DNA from: Pelagomonas calceolata
Lineage: Eukaryota
NCBI GenBank assembly: GCA_918797485.1
Contig: CAKKNE010000005.1
Coordinates: 682,001-746,000, forward strand
Direction: 5' to 3'
DNA: 64,000 nt
The stretch's first letter is position 1; the number at the start of each line of letters is the position of its first letter. Shown here one piece after another: positions 11,101 to 18,977 of the stretch. The notes under the pieces are model-generated. The model saw only the letters and a list, made by a program, of their open reading frames with translations. It ran no database searches and was not told where the DNA came from. Both the position numbers and the translations under genes were made by a program.

Positions 11101-11507
11101 GCTGCTCGTCTTTCCGCTTCTAATGCAGCCTCCTCCGGCGATAAACCGGCGTTCATGGCGTCTATTCTAGCTTCTAAATCGGCTCGTAGCTTCTCCAAAG
11201 CTTGGTTCCCTTCCTCTCGGACTCGTCGCAACTCCGCTTCATGTCTAGAAGCTTGCGCCTGCAAGGCCACGGCCAACGCATCCGAAAGTTGTTTTGAGGT
11301 TGTGACCCCAAAGGCCCGCTTCACCCTTTTCGAGGCCTTGCGACGCACGGCGCCGTCCACACCTAACAATTGCCCGAGCTTGTCCAGATCGGTGTCCACA
11401 TCACCTAATAAAGCGGCGACGTCCTCGCTGCGGCCCGTGTCCAATTGTGAGGGTGTTGCCGTTCCATCTTTGTCGGCGAGGGGCAGCGGTTCTACTACCT
11501 CGGCCAT
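8199..11507 (-). CDS. Large coiled-coil protein with internal duplication
   Basis: 1102-aa ORF; ENSIxTTNEALGIAxEQL and FNDxLSV..LTAVKHDxFAxNILxLVAENAARLGL each occur twice. Confidence 0.8.
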   Translation of the reverse strand: MAEVVEPLPLADKDGTATPSQLDTGRSEDVAALLGDVDTDLDKLGQLLGVDGAVRRKASKRVKRAFGVTTSKQLSDALAVALQAQASRHEAELRRVREEGNQALEKLRADLEARIDAMNAGLSPEEAALEAERRAAREARLVTIESRLDALAHNLSGFADNQQRLAKQEEERAAYREKVEARAEDKPAPAREQSGEDLGFGFRTDGTPRNPAAMQRWHRAFDYIKSKRKLNKYGCSVRCAPRHSVANRLADMEKTMMELKTHIDYLEHQEAPVVVSGDSGEALQALSQKLERCFDRVAAAENSIDTTNEALGIAREQLAEAQQRSAELAAQSQALGEQLGEFNDELSVTKTQLGSQIDTTKTQLDVTKTQLGEQIGEFNDELSVTSTALGALTAVKHDTFAENILTLVAENAARLGLTGGEGAPPYNDQPLTKRVETLEETVAGHAAHFEALDAEAQRARDSTELQELLGRVVEVENSIGTTNEALGIAKEQLHDSLNQKSQQLNAEIASSKALIDEKIDSTKTALGEQVSMVDKQLGGLSTTIEGFNDDLSVQTEAVATLTAVKHDAFAQNILDLVAENAARLGLIGNAPQKVDERALQRKFMESLATINLVTAQDDNFVMSEGVKRAVDFVDAETQDSTARSRCDELSTSIEQLEAALKEAVAARDAALRQESAERRKQDKAQSKERAKDAVTARDAAVAAAASYSAKSVALAGENAESLVDARMAAALEVISRDMLKGSGVLGERVSAVEKTANEALSTANKVDNGVPLLINDQKKREKELWDFCRSELCRSGWFEERLNRLATAVDQKPDEARVKMLLRKLDATLRMHCGDGAALSLLVERIHGEVSRKLNRKDVIRIVEASIDECEKRLEKVAKAGGGARINAFLHDATLPQKGLPPGATSATLGRSTTLARPRTVAQTTATAIRPDAAKEIFSAIAQSVTESMDADLTSVQSGMEPAELKNAAKWAASAASAAVLGLAIQDVEKLSTIRGPTTQPVLFPGQTRAMTTQGRPATATTPGFTAPPYDPNLVKRTFDSPPNQLVLASYPNGRPGALRPISLAPPEQEDDFEDVPIAEPYVQPSAMPSGAMSPLSQGPAD

Positions 11508-12117
11508 GCTTGCGGGGCGCGGGGCTGCCCTGGTGCCACTGTGCTTGGCGTTGAATGGGCTCGGCGCCGCTTCGTCGCTTTTGACTCGTCAAAGGGTGCT
11601 ACGAGCTGTCCGTTTCGAGACCTTGGGGCTCTGGCTGCACCGCCGCCCGCCTTCCCTCTGCTTGAGATGGTGCTTTGGCGCTGCGCTCTCCCGCGCGGGC
11701 CTTCGGATGGGTTTTAGACTTGGAAAATGCGTAGGCGCAGTCCCCGAGGGGCTCTGCGACGTGTCGTGCCTCGCTCTGATGCTTTCGCCGCGAGCCTGTA
11801 AAACCCGTACATCGTCGAGCATAATCGAGTCGACCATCTTGTGGCCGCAATACGAGCTGTTGAGCTCTTACGAACTGCACGTTGCAGCGCTTATCAATCA
11901 CTGATGCTGCGACAGAGAGATGTCGCTTCGCGTTACCGCCGTGGACTCGCCTCTCGGAGAGCACACTTGCCTCGCCCGCTGCGGCGGCGCGCGCGAGCCG
12001 CAAGAAACGACACGAAGGCGTCCCGCACGCACGTCGGCCGATAGGCTGCACGACGCCGCGACGCGAAACGCCCGCGCAGGTAACGCCGCCGAGAGACGCC
12101 GAGCGCCGCGCACCGGC

Positions 12118-12450
12118 ATGACGGAAGCGGAGATCCAGAACTTCGACGCCTTCGACGCCTTCGACGACGCCGACGAGAAGCAAGGAGACCAGTCGAAGGT
12201 CCACATCCGCGTGCAGCAGAGAAACGGGCGGAAGTGTATTACGACCGTGCAGGGTCTGGCCGACGACCTCGACGTGAAGCGCATCTGCAAGGCCTTCAAG
12301 AAGAACTTCCAGTGTAATGGAGCGGTCACCAAGGATTCGGAGATGGGCGAGATCATCCAATTGAGCGGCGACCAGCGGACGAACGTCAACAGCTTCCTCG
12401 TGGACCAGGAGATCTGCCTGAAGTCGCAGGTGGTGATCCATGGGTTCTAA
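12118..12450 (+). CDS. SUI1: Translation initiation factor eIF1 (SUI1)
   Basis: VHIRVQQRNGRKCITTVQGL, KKNFQCNG, IIQLSGDQR, IHGF C-terminus. Confidence 0.97.
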   Translation: MTEAEIQNFDAFDAFDDADEKQGDQSKVHIRVQQRNGRKCITTVQGLADDLDVKRICKAFKKNFQCNGAVTKDSEMGEIIQLSGDQRTNVNSFLVDQEICLKSQVVIHGF

Positions 12451-12501
12451 GAGTTGGTAGTTAATCTTGTGTCGCGGCGATGGCGTCGCGGCCAGCTTAG
12501 T

Positions 12502-12525
12502 GCTAGCGGCCTGTAAGACACTAGC
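12502..12525 (+). promoter_or_regulatory. Double-CTAG element (consensus copy)
   Basis: gctagcggcctgtaagacactagc in a tandem gap. Confidence 0.65.
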
Positions 12526-12664
12526 AAGCGGCTCTGAGAGCACAACAAACTGGCCAGGTCTCACGCTGTGGCTAGGAACACATCGCGCCAAAGCGCGGAA
12601 GTACGCTGCATACCCCCCAGAGCGCGTGCCCTAACGGAAAACGCCTGTCGACGTCACGCAGCGC

Positions 12665-13357
12665 ATGGACCCCATCGTGATCGAGCGCTCCTTAGCCTTC
12701 CTAGACGTCGCGGCAGGCGGCAGTAACGCTTCAGTCTCAAAAGCCTGGCGGAGCGTCTGCGGCTCGTGGGCGCTCTGGCACGACCTCAGCCAGCCCCTGC
12801 GCAAGTGGCGCAACATCGCCGTCGACGCTAAGCTCCACCCGCGCGAGTTCTGCCGCCTGTCCATCGCGGACTCAAAGCGCACTTCCCTCACGCGCGACGA
12901 GCTCTGCAGCCAGACCTGGCGCTTCCGGTTCAAGCGGGCGGCGGGCGAAGAATGGCTCGCCGTCGACCCCTACTGGACCGACAACAACCCCGCGACAATC
13001 ACATTCTGTGGAAATGGCAGCACGGAGCGGGCCGGCACCTGGGAGCTGGAAGTGGAAGTCAAGTGGCGCTGGGGCCACGCGCGCAAGGCAAGGCGCCAGC
13101 CCGGCGTCGCCGGCGGCGAGAGCGGCTCGTCGGTGAGGGTCGTCGTCGACGGGCGAGATGTCCCAACCCTGAAGGTCGCGCGCCACCCCGTCCACAAGGG
13201 CTTCATGATGGAGTCGTGCTGGGCGCTCTACACGGCCTTTCCCATGCCTGCTCCTGGGCAGGGCTTAGACGATGACGATCTACACGTGACGGTAGAGGAT
13301 CAGGTGGACGAGGTCGACGAGTGGAACCGCCGCGCGCGCACCGTCTTCGCGCCCTGA
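12665..13357 (+). CDS. Hypothetical protein with F-box-like N-terminus
   Basis: LAFLD...ASVSKAWRSVC...LW; coding-like codon usage. Confidence 0.6.
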   Translation: MDPIVIERSLAFLDVAAGGSNASVSKAWRSVCGSWALWHDLSQPLRKWRNIAVDAKLHPREFCRLSIADSKRTSLTRDELCSQTWRFRFKRAAGEEWLAVDPYWTDNNPATITFCGNGSTERAGTWELEVEVKWRWGHARKARRQPGVAGGESGSSVRVVVDGRDVPTLKVARHPVHKGFMMESCWALYTAFPMPAPGQGLDDDDLHVTVEDQVDEVDEWNRRARTVFAP

Positions 13358-13507
13358 GGACGACGTGGCCGCACTGGCCAAGCCGCGCGGTCAGAGAACC
13401 GCACCGCCACGCCGTCGAGCAGGCGTCGCGTCGATGGCGTGAAGGTCATGATGCCCTCTCCCTGGAATAAGCCTCCCATTCACAAACAACTAATTACACG
13501 AGCGCTG

Positions 13508-15365
13508 CTAGACAAGCGCCGCGTCCTCGTAGCTCTCGTCGGGGTCGAGGGGCGGGATCTCGACCTCCGTCGGCGCGTACTTCGACCGCCGCCCGCACGC
13601 CGCGAACGTGACCACGAGCGCCGCCGAAGCTGCGAGCAAGGCGAGAACAAAAGTAACAGGCAGCTGCTGCGATGCGGTCTCATCGGTCCCGATTAGCTGC
13701 GGGCCGCACGGTTTTGGGTTATCGGCCGGCGGGCCCCAGTAGGTGGTGTCAATCTTCACGACGTCGTCGGCGCACGCTCGTAAAACGCCCGTCACCGGGT
13801 CGAAGCGATCGTCGGCGTCGACGCCGCCGCGGACGTAGACGGGGCAGCTATCGTAGGTGACGCGGACGTAGCGGTGGCACGCGTCGGGCGGGCCCGGGAG
13901 GTGGCAGCCGCTCCCGGGCCCGCTCCGGTGCACGTAGACGCAGGGCGCCGTCAGGTTGTACTTTCCGCAGAATTCCTCGGGCACGTCCAGGTCCACAATG
14001 GTCGTCAACAGGTCGTCAGAAGAAGCACCAGGACCGAACCACTCGTCGCAGGACCGGCCCGCCACCGACACCAGGTTGATGCAGTATCTGTTGCCCGCGT
14101 CGTCGGGCAGGTTGTGGCCCAAATGCGTCCCGTCGACGGACACGGTCTCGCCGTTCGCTAACACGCGCACGTTGTCCCAGTAGACCTCGGCATCTCTAAA
14201 CGACGGCCAGCCGTGGGCCTTGCTCTCCGCGAGGAAGTCCGCCCGGGAGCGGCCGACGGGCGCGCGGAAGAGCGGGCGCCCGGTCACGGGGTCGTAGTAG
14301 TCTTGTGGCGCCTCCGTGACGTCGGCGGGCCACGACGTGCCCCAGGCGTAGCCCGTCGGCTCGGCGTAGTTTCTGTTAAAACAACAAATGTCGTCGGCCA
14401 GGTCGCGGTCGCAGCCCCATCGTAATTTGGCCTGGACCGGCGCCGGGCAGGTGCCGTGCGCCTTTTGGGCCATGATCGCGTCGTCGGCGTCTGACATGGC
14501 GTAGCCGCTCCGAATGCGCAGGGCCGTCGGTGCTTGTGTCGCCTCGTCCGCGTCTGTGGGCGCTATCGTGGGCCGCGGCGTGGGCCGCGGCTTCGGCGCG
14601 GCTGTCGGTCTCGGCGCGGGTTCGGGCGTCGGTTCGGACCTGTGTGCATGGACCACGTTACGCCGTCGGCTCCGGCAGCCCGCGCGACGGGGCCGCGTCG
14701 ACGGCGTGGCGCGCGACGCCGTCGTCGCGGCGATGGCGTCGCGAAACGGCTCAAAATCGAAAGACGCGGACGACGCACGTCGGCTCCGGCACGACGACGC
14801 GTTGAATAGACTCGATGACGACCGGCGTCTTCGGCACGTCGTCGAACTTGGTGCCGTGGACCGTCACGGAGTGGGTCGCGACGGTGGCGATGGCGTCCAG
14901 GACCGATAATCCATCTATGACGTAGCCGAAGACCGCGTAGCCGTCGCTGCTCTTGCTCGCGTCGAGGAATTTGTTGTCGGCGTGGTTGATGAAGAATTCC
15001 GATGTAGCCGAGTCGGGCTGATTCGTGCGCGCCATGGCGATCGTGCCGCGCGTGTTACTTAACGACGTGGCCGCCTCCAATTTTATGGGAGGAAATAATG
15101 CGGGCTTCTCGTTCAGACTACTGTCGAAGCCGCCGCCCTGCGCCATGAAGCCCTTGATGACGCGGTGGAACGTGAGGCCGTCGAAGAACTTTGAATCGAT
15201 GTAGGCCAGGAAGTTGTCCACTGTTATCGGCGTGTGATCGGGCGTGAGTTCCAAACGCAGCGTGCCCTTGCTTGTTGTTATTTCGATTTGGGGTTTTGGT
15301 GTTTTTGCATCTGCGATTATGAGCAGGAGCGCTAGGGCTGCGCAGCAGCGGTGGCGAATCATCAT
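13508..15365 (-). CDS. Membrane-anchored cyclophilin + MsrB-like fusion, join(15365..14779,14639..13508)
   Basis: Signal peptide; FHRVIKGFMAQGGGF and RGTIAMART (cyclophilin); GT-AG intron joins the frames; Pro/Thr linker; HGWPSF, HLGHNLPD, RYCIN (MsrB-like); C-terminal TM. Confidence 0.75.
14640..14778 (-). other. Intron (139 nt, GT-AG) with introner core motif
   Basis: ac|gtgcgt ... cacacag|g, phase 2 on both sides; contains cgacgccatcgccgcg and ccacgccgtcgacgc. Confidence 0.75.
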
Positions 15366-15543
15366 GCAAATCACTGTGCTGTGCAGCTTGCCAGGCTCAT
15401 CTCATGCGATATTTTTCTGGCCGCTGTGCCTGAGGAGCTGCACGCGAGCGATGTGTGGTGACACTTTACACTGCTACGACCACGTCTGCAGCGACCACGT
15501 CGACACGTCCTAAAATGCCCAAGTTTCAAGGTTAGTTTTTCGA

Positions 15544-15569
15544 GCTAGCGGGCCTGTTAAGACACTAGC
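15544..15569 (+). promoter_or_regulatory. Double-CTAG element
   Basis: gctagcgggcctgttaagacactagc upstream of the cyclophilin gene. Confidence 0.6.
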
Positions 15570-15729
15570 ACGGGAAGCGTCTGAACGCCTAGAACGACCG
15601 TTTGAATGGCGATCGCGTGGGGACGTGGATTCACACGCCGTGACACGCCAAATATAGAGTGGTATCTTTAGTAGGGAGTGGGAGGAGGGAGTGGTGGGAG
15701 TGTGGCGCCGGTGGGAGTGTCCGGAGCGC

Positions 15730-15879
15730 CTAGGCGACGAGCTCCGCCGCGTAGGCCGCGAGCGTGCCCGAGTTCTCGCCCGTCGTCTTGCCGTTCGACG
15801 CGACGGCGGCCTCGTTCGCGGCCCAGAACATGATGCCGCCGACGCGGTCCTTGATGGCGGCGATGATGGACTTAGGCAT
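15730..15879 (-). CDS. 49-aa ORF or gene fragment resembling a GH18 chitinase C-terminus
   Basis: MPKSIIAAIKDRVGGIMFWAANE...AAYAAELVA*; strongly coding-like codons; below the ORF-track cutoff. Confidence 0.4.
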   Translation of the reverse strand: MPKSIIAAIKDRVGGIMFWAANEAAVASNGKTTGENSGTLAAYAAELVA

Positions 15880-16261
15880 GATGTTGTTGTATGATGTTGG
15901 TGGTGGGGGTAGGGTGGTGGTGACCTGCGGACGTGCGCGGGTTGCGGACGGTTACGCCGCGCCGCGCCTCATGTGTGTTTAAATAGAGTTGCGTCGCGCA
16001 CTCGTTGCGCGGCGCGGTCAGCGCGTTGCGGAGACACACTCTCGAGAGCGCGCGCGTTAAAAAATTGCTGCATATCTCCAGAGCAAAGGTGAGATCGCTT
16101 GCGGTGGCGCGTTTCTCGCTCTCTCGACGCCAGGTATGCAAGCTGGTATGTTTGCGACACGGATGCGAACGTGAGACTTGCGTGACGACAAGTTCCGCCC
16201 CGGTTGCGCACGGCGTCCGACGACACGACACGCCGTCGGGCGTCACTCCCCCGCGGCGCAG

Positions 16262-16728
16262 GCGAGGAGATTATGTTCGGCGACGTCGCGGGCATCGTCA
16301 CGCAGATGGGCTGGTTCGACACGAAGATACGACTCTACTCGGAGCGGACGGTCGTCGTGCCCAACGGCCAGATCATGGGTGTTCCCTTGGTCAACTTCTC
16401 GCGCATGCGCTGGGGGCAGTACAAGACGGAGCTGCGGTTGCGGCTCGAGGACGTGTCCCGCGTGGAACAGACCATCGCAAACCTCAAGGAGGCACTGGCG
16501 CCGCACGTCATCACGAACGGGCGGAACCTGTGGGTCCACTGGCGGCGCATCGACAAGGATGCCTTAGTTGTCGTCGTGGACGTCAAACTGCCCTACCCGG
16601 GCGGCTCGACGGCGTACTACGACGCCGTCGGGCAGTGCAACGTCCTCATCGCCAAGGCCATCCAGGACGCCGGCGCCGAGCTGTGCCTGCCTACTTCCCG
16701 GCGCGTCGATATCAAGAAGACGGAGTAA
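16262..16728 (+). CDS. MscS mechanosensitive-channel cytoplasmic region (N-terminal TM exons not found)
   Basis: GEEIMFGDVAGIVTQMGWFDTKIR...VVVPNGQI...VNFSR; acceptor cag at 16259-16261. Confidence 0.6.
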
Positions 16729-16750
16729 AATATCAACTATTGTTATAACA

Positions 16751-17908
16751 CTAAAGATCCTCCTTCGAATCATCCTTCTTCTTTTTCTTCCGTTTCTTCT
16801 TCTCGACGGGCTCTCCCCTTTTTTTGGCGCGCCGCCTCAATAGAGAATCCGCCTCGGGCACGTCGGGCATGTCCACCGGGACGCCGTCACCCACAACAAC
16901 CCCGCCAATCCCCGCGCTCTCCTTCTTCGCGTCCGCGTCGATCTGTTGGATCGCGTAGGTCAGCCAGTTCTCCACGTCCTCCAACGCGAGCTGCGTCCTA
17001 GCCTGCTCCTTGACCACGGCCTTTTTCCCGTCCTCCTCGGCCTCCTTGCGTTCGCGCGCTGCTTGTTTCCGACATAGAGCCTTCCTTCTCTCAGCTTTGA
17101 CCGAGGCCTCCTGGGCTTCATCGGTTAAGATAGGGGGCATTTCTTCGGCCAGTTCCAATTCTGCTTCGTCTTCTTTGAGCTTCGCTTCTACCGTCTCCGC
17201 GAGCTGTTCGTTGGGCGTTTTTTCTCGTTCTTCCCGTTGTTTTTTAAGTCGTTCCCTCTCGACCTTCTCGACCTTGTCCCGCTCCTTGTCATACAACTCC
17301 TGCTTGTCCCACCACACACCTTGATTGGATGGTTTTACTTTATCTCTATTGAGCCGCGGCCACCACGACTGGTTCTGCGCTTTAGCTAGTGTTAATGTTA
17401 ACCGACCAACGGACGCCGAGACCCAGGACGAGTTTTGAGGATCGATCGGCCTTAGTGGAACGATCTCGAGGTCGAAGCGCTTCGAGCCCTTGCGCGCGCG
17501 GACCGTGACCAGCTCCTCCTCGAACTGAACGCTCTCGACGTCATTCTCCCCAACAAGAGTGGCCGGCGCGTCCCACTTGTGCGCGAACTTGACCGAAACA
17601 AACAGCTCGTCGCCGGACTGGGCCCACTGATGCGCGGGCGCCATGCCTTTGCCGCTCGAGGCCTCGGACGTCCGTAAAGCGTCGCGCACGTCTTTGAGGC
17701 GCTGTTCCGCCGATCTTAGTTCCAAGAGAGCTTCGTTGACCGCTAAATCGGTAGCGTCCACCGCCGATGCTAAAGTTGCCGCGCAGCCGAAATCTCCTCG
17801 CCGTAGCGCGCTCACGAGCGTTGCCGCCGACGCGTGCTTGACGTCGCAGTCGCTTATTGTTGTGGAGGCGGCCACCGCTGGGATGATGAGGAGTAGGCGG
17901 CGCATCAT
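16751..17908 (-). CDS. CS (p23/NudC-like) domain protein, probably ER-resident
   Basis: Signal peptide, PAHQWAQS...VKFAHKWDAP, GRLTLTLAK, WPRL, C-terminal KEDL. Confidence 0.75.
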   Translation of the reverse strand: MMRRLLLIIPAVAASTTISDCDVKHASAATLVSALRRGDFGCAATLASAVDATDLAVNEALLELRSAEQRLKDVRDALRTSEASSGKGMAPAHQWAQSGDELFVSVKFAHKWDAPATLVGENDVESVQFEEELVTVRARKGSKRFDLEIVPLRPIDPQNSSWVSASVGRLTLTLAKAQNQSWWPRLNRDKVKPSNQGVWWDKQELYDKERDKVEKVERERLKKQREEREKTPNEQLAETVEAKLKEDEAELELAEEMPPILTDEAQEASVKAERRKALCRKQAARERKEAEEDGKKAVVKEQARTQLALEDVENWLTYAIQQIDADAKKESAGIGGVVVGDGVPVDMPDVPEADSLLRRRAKKRGEPVEKKKRKKKKKDDSKEDL

Positions 17909-18090
17909 CTTTGAGTCGACGCGTCGGCGTCGAGTGGCGACGATTCGGGTGCAGGGCCGCTGGCGCCGGAGCCGCCTTGAAACGTTAGCGAAGGTGACGG
18001 CAGCAACTGTAGAGCTTCCAGCGATGCCTTTCACCCGCGGAACAGCACGTATGCCACAAGCACAGTCAAAAGAGACTCGACGGCCCGCTT

Positions 18091-18115
18091 GCTAGTGTCT
18101 TACAAGGACGCTAGC
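18091..18115 (-). promoter_or_regulatory. Double-CTAG element
   Basis: gctagtgtcttacaaggacgctagc in a divergent gap. Confidence 0.65.
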
Positions 18116-18304
18116 TAGCGCGACCAAGCAGCCAGCTCACGCGATCACAGCACTGCGCGACCGCGCAAGCACCCCTTCTGGACGTCTACTCGCTGCGCGC
18201 TGCACGCCTGGGATCGCTGCGACCTGTAGCTGCGCGGCGCCTGAAACCACTGCGGGTGTGCAAGCGCACTATACGCCTAGCCGACGTGCGATAGCGTTAG
18301 AGGG

Positions 18305-18664
18305 ATGGGCCGCCTCGGCCCCGGCCGCCGCCTGCTGGAAGTGCTCTGGCCGCTGCGCAACTACGGCATTGGGGCGCGCGTGACGAAGCCGACCTGGACG
18401 GGCCCCGACTGCTTCTGGCAAATCACCAAGCTCAAGTATAATAAGAGAGCGGTCCGCGACGACGGCAGCATCCGCCTCGGCAAGGCGTGGGGGACGCTCC
18501 ACTGGCGTGGCCAGCCGGTGGGCCGGCCCGACCGGCGCGTGCCGGGCCACTCCAAAGCGATGTGGCAACTCTTCGGCGACGCGCCGCCGCCCGCGACCGA
18601 CGCGGACCGACCGCACCTGACGAAACGGCTGCACAAGAAGTACTACGTCGTCGTCGACGACTAG
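18305..18664 (+). CDS. MRPS34: Mitochondrial ribosomal protein mS34-like
   Basis: LLEVL..LRNYGIGARVT..W, CFWQIT, GKAWGTLHWRG. Confidence 0.8.
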   Translation: MGRLGPGRRLLEVLWPLRNYGIGARVTKPTWTGPDCFWQITKLKYNKRAVRDDGSIRLGKAWGTLHWRGQPVGRPDRRVPGHSKAMWQLFGDAPPPATDADRPHLTKRLHKKYYVVVDD

Positions 18665-18794
18665 GTGCTTGCTGCTCGTGTGTGTCGTAACTTTAGGCTT
18701 GCTATCCAGTTTCACATGGAGCCGATGTCTCAAACAAGACTCAGTTCGTTCAGCTCGGTACGTTCCAGGGCTCCCGCGTCGGGAAAACCAGCGA

Positions 18795-18816
18795 CTAGCG
18801 GCCGTAAGACACTAGC
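18795..18816 (+). promoter_or_regulatory. Double-CTAG element
   Basis: ctagcggccgtaagacactagc in a tandem gap. Confidence 0.65.
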
Positions 18817-18977
18817 AAGCTCCAGGCTGGACGGCGGACGGCCGTAGTGCTCGCATCGATCGCGTTCGGCGCACGCAAGTCGCGGCATAGATCATCGTGA
18901 GTCGTACCGCGCAAACTCCGCGCATCGCTGCGAGCGTAACGGCCCCTCAGCAGCCAGGCTGCAGCACCCGAAAAAAC

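Noticed and set aside
12110..12125. Poor-context autoregulatory start codon of eIF1
   Set aside because: Context is ggcATGa with a purine at -3, so no clear sign
10867..12591. Long antisense or overlapping ORFs (10867..11904 +, 11599..12591 -, and many similar)
   Set aside because: Shadow frames of real genes in GC-rich DNA; no domain motifs
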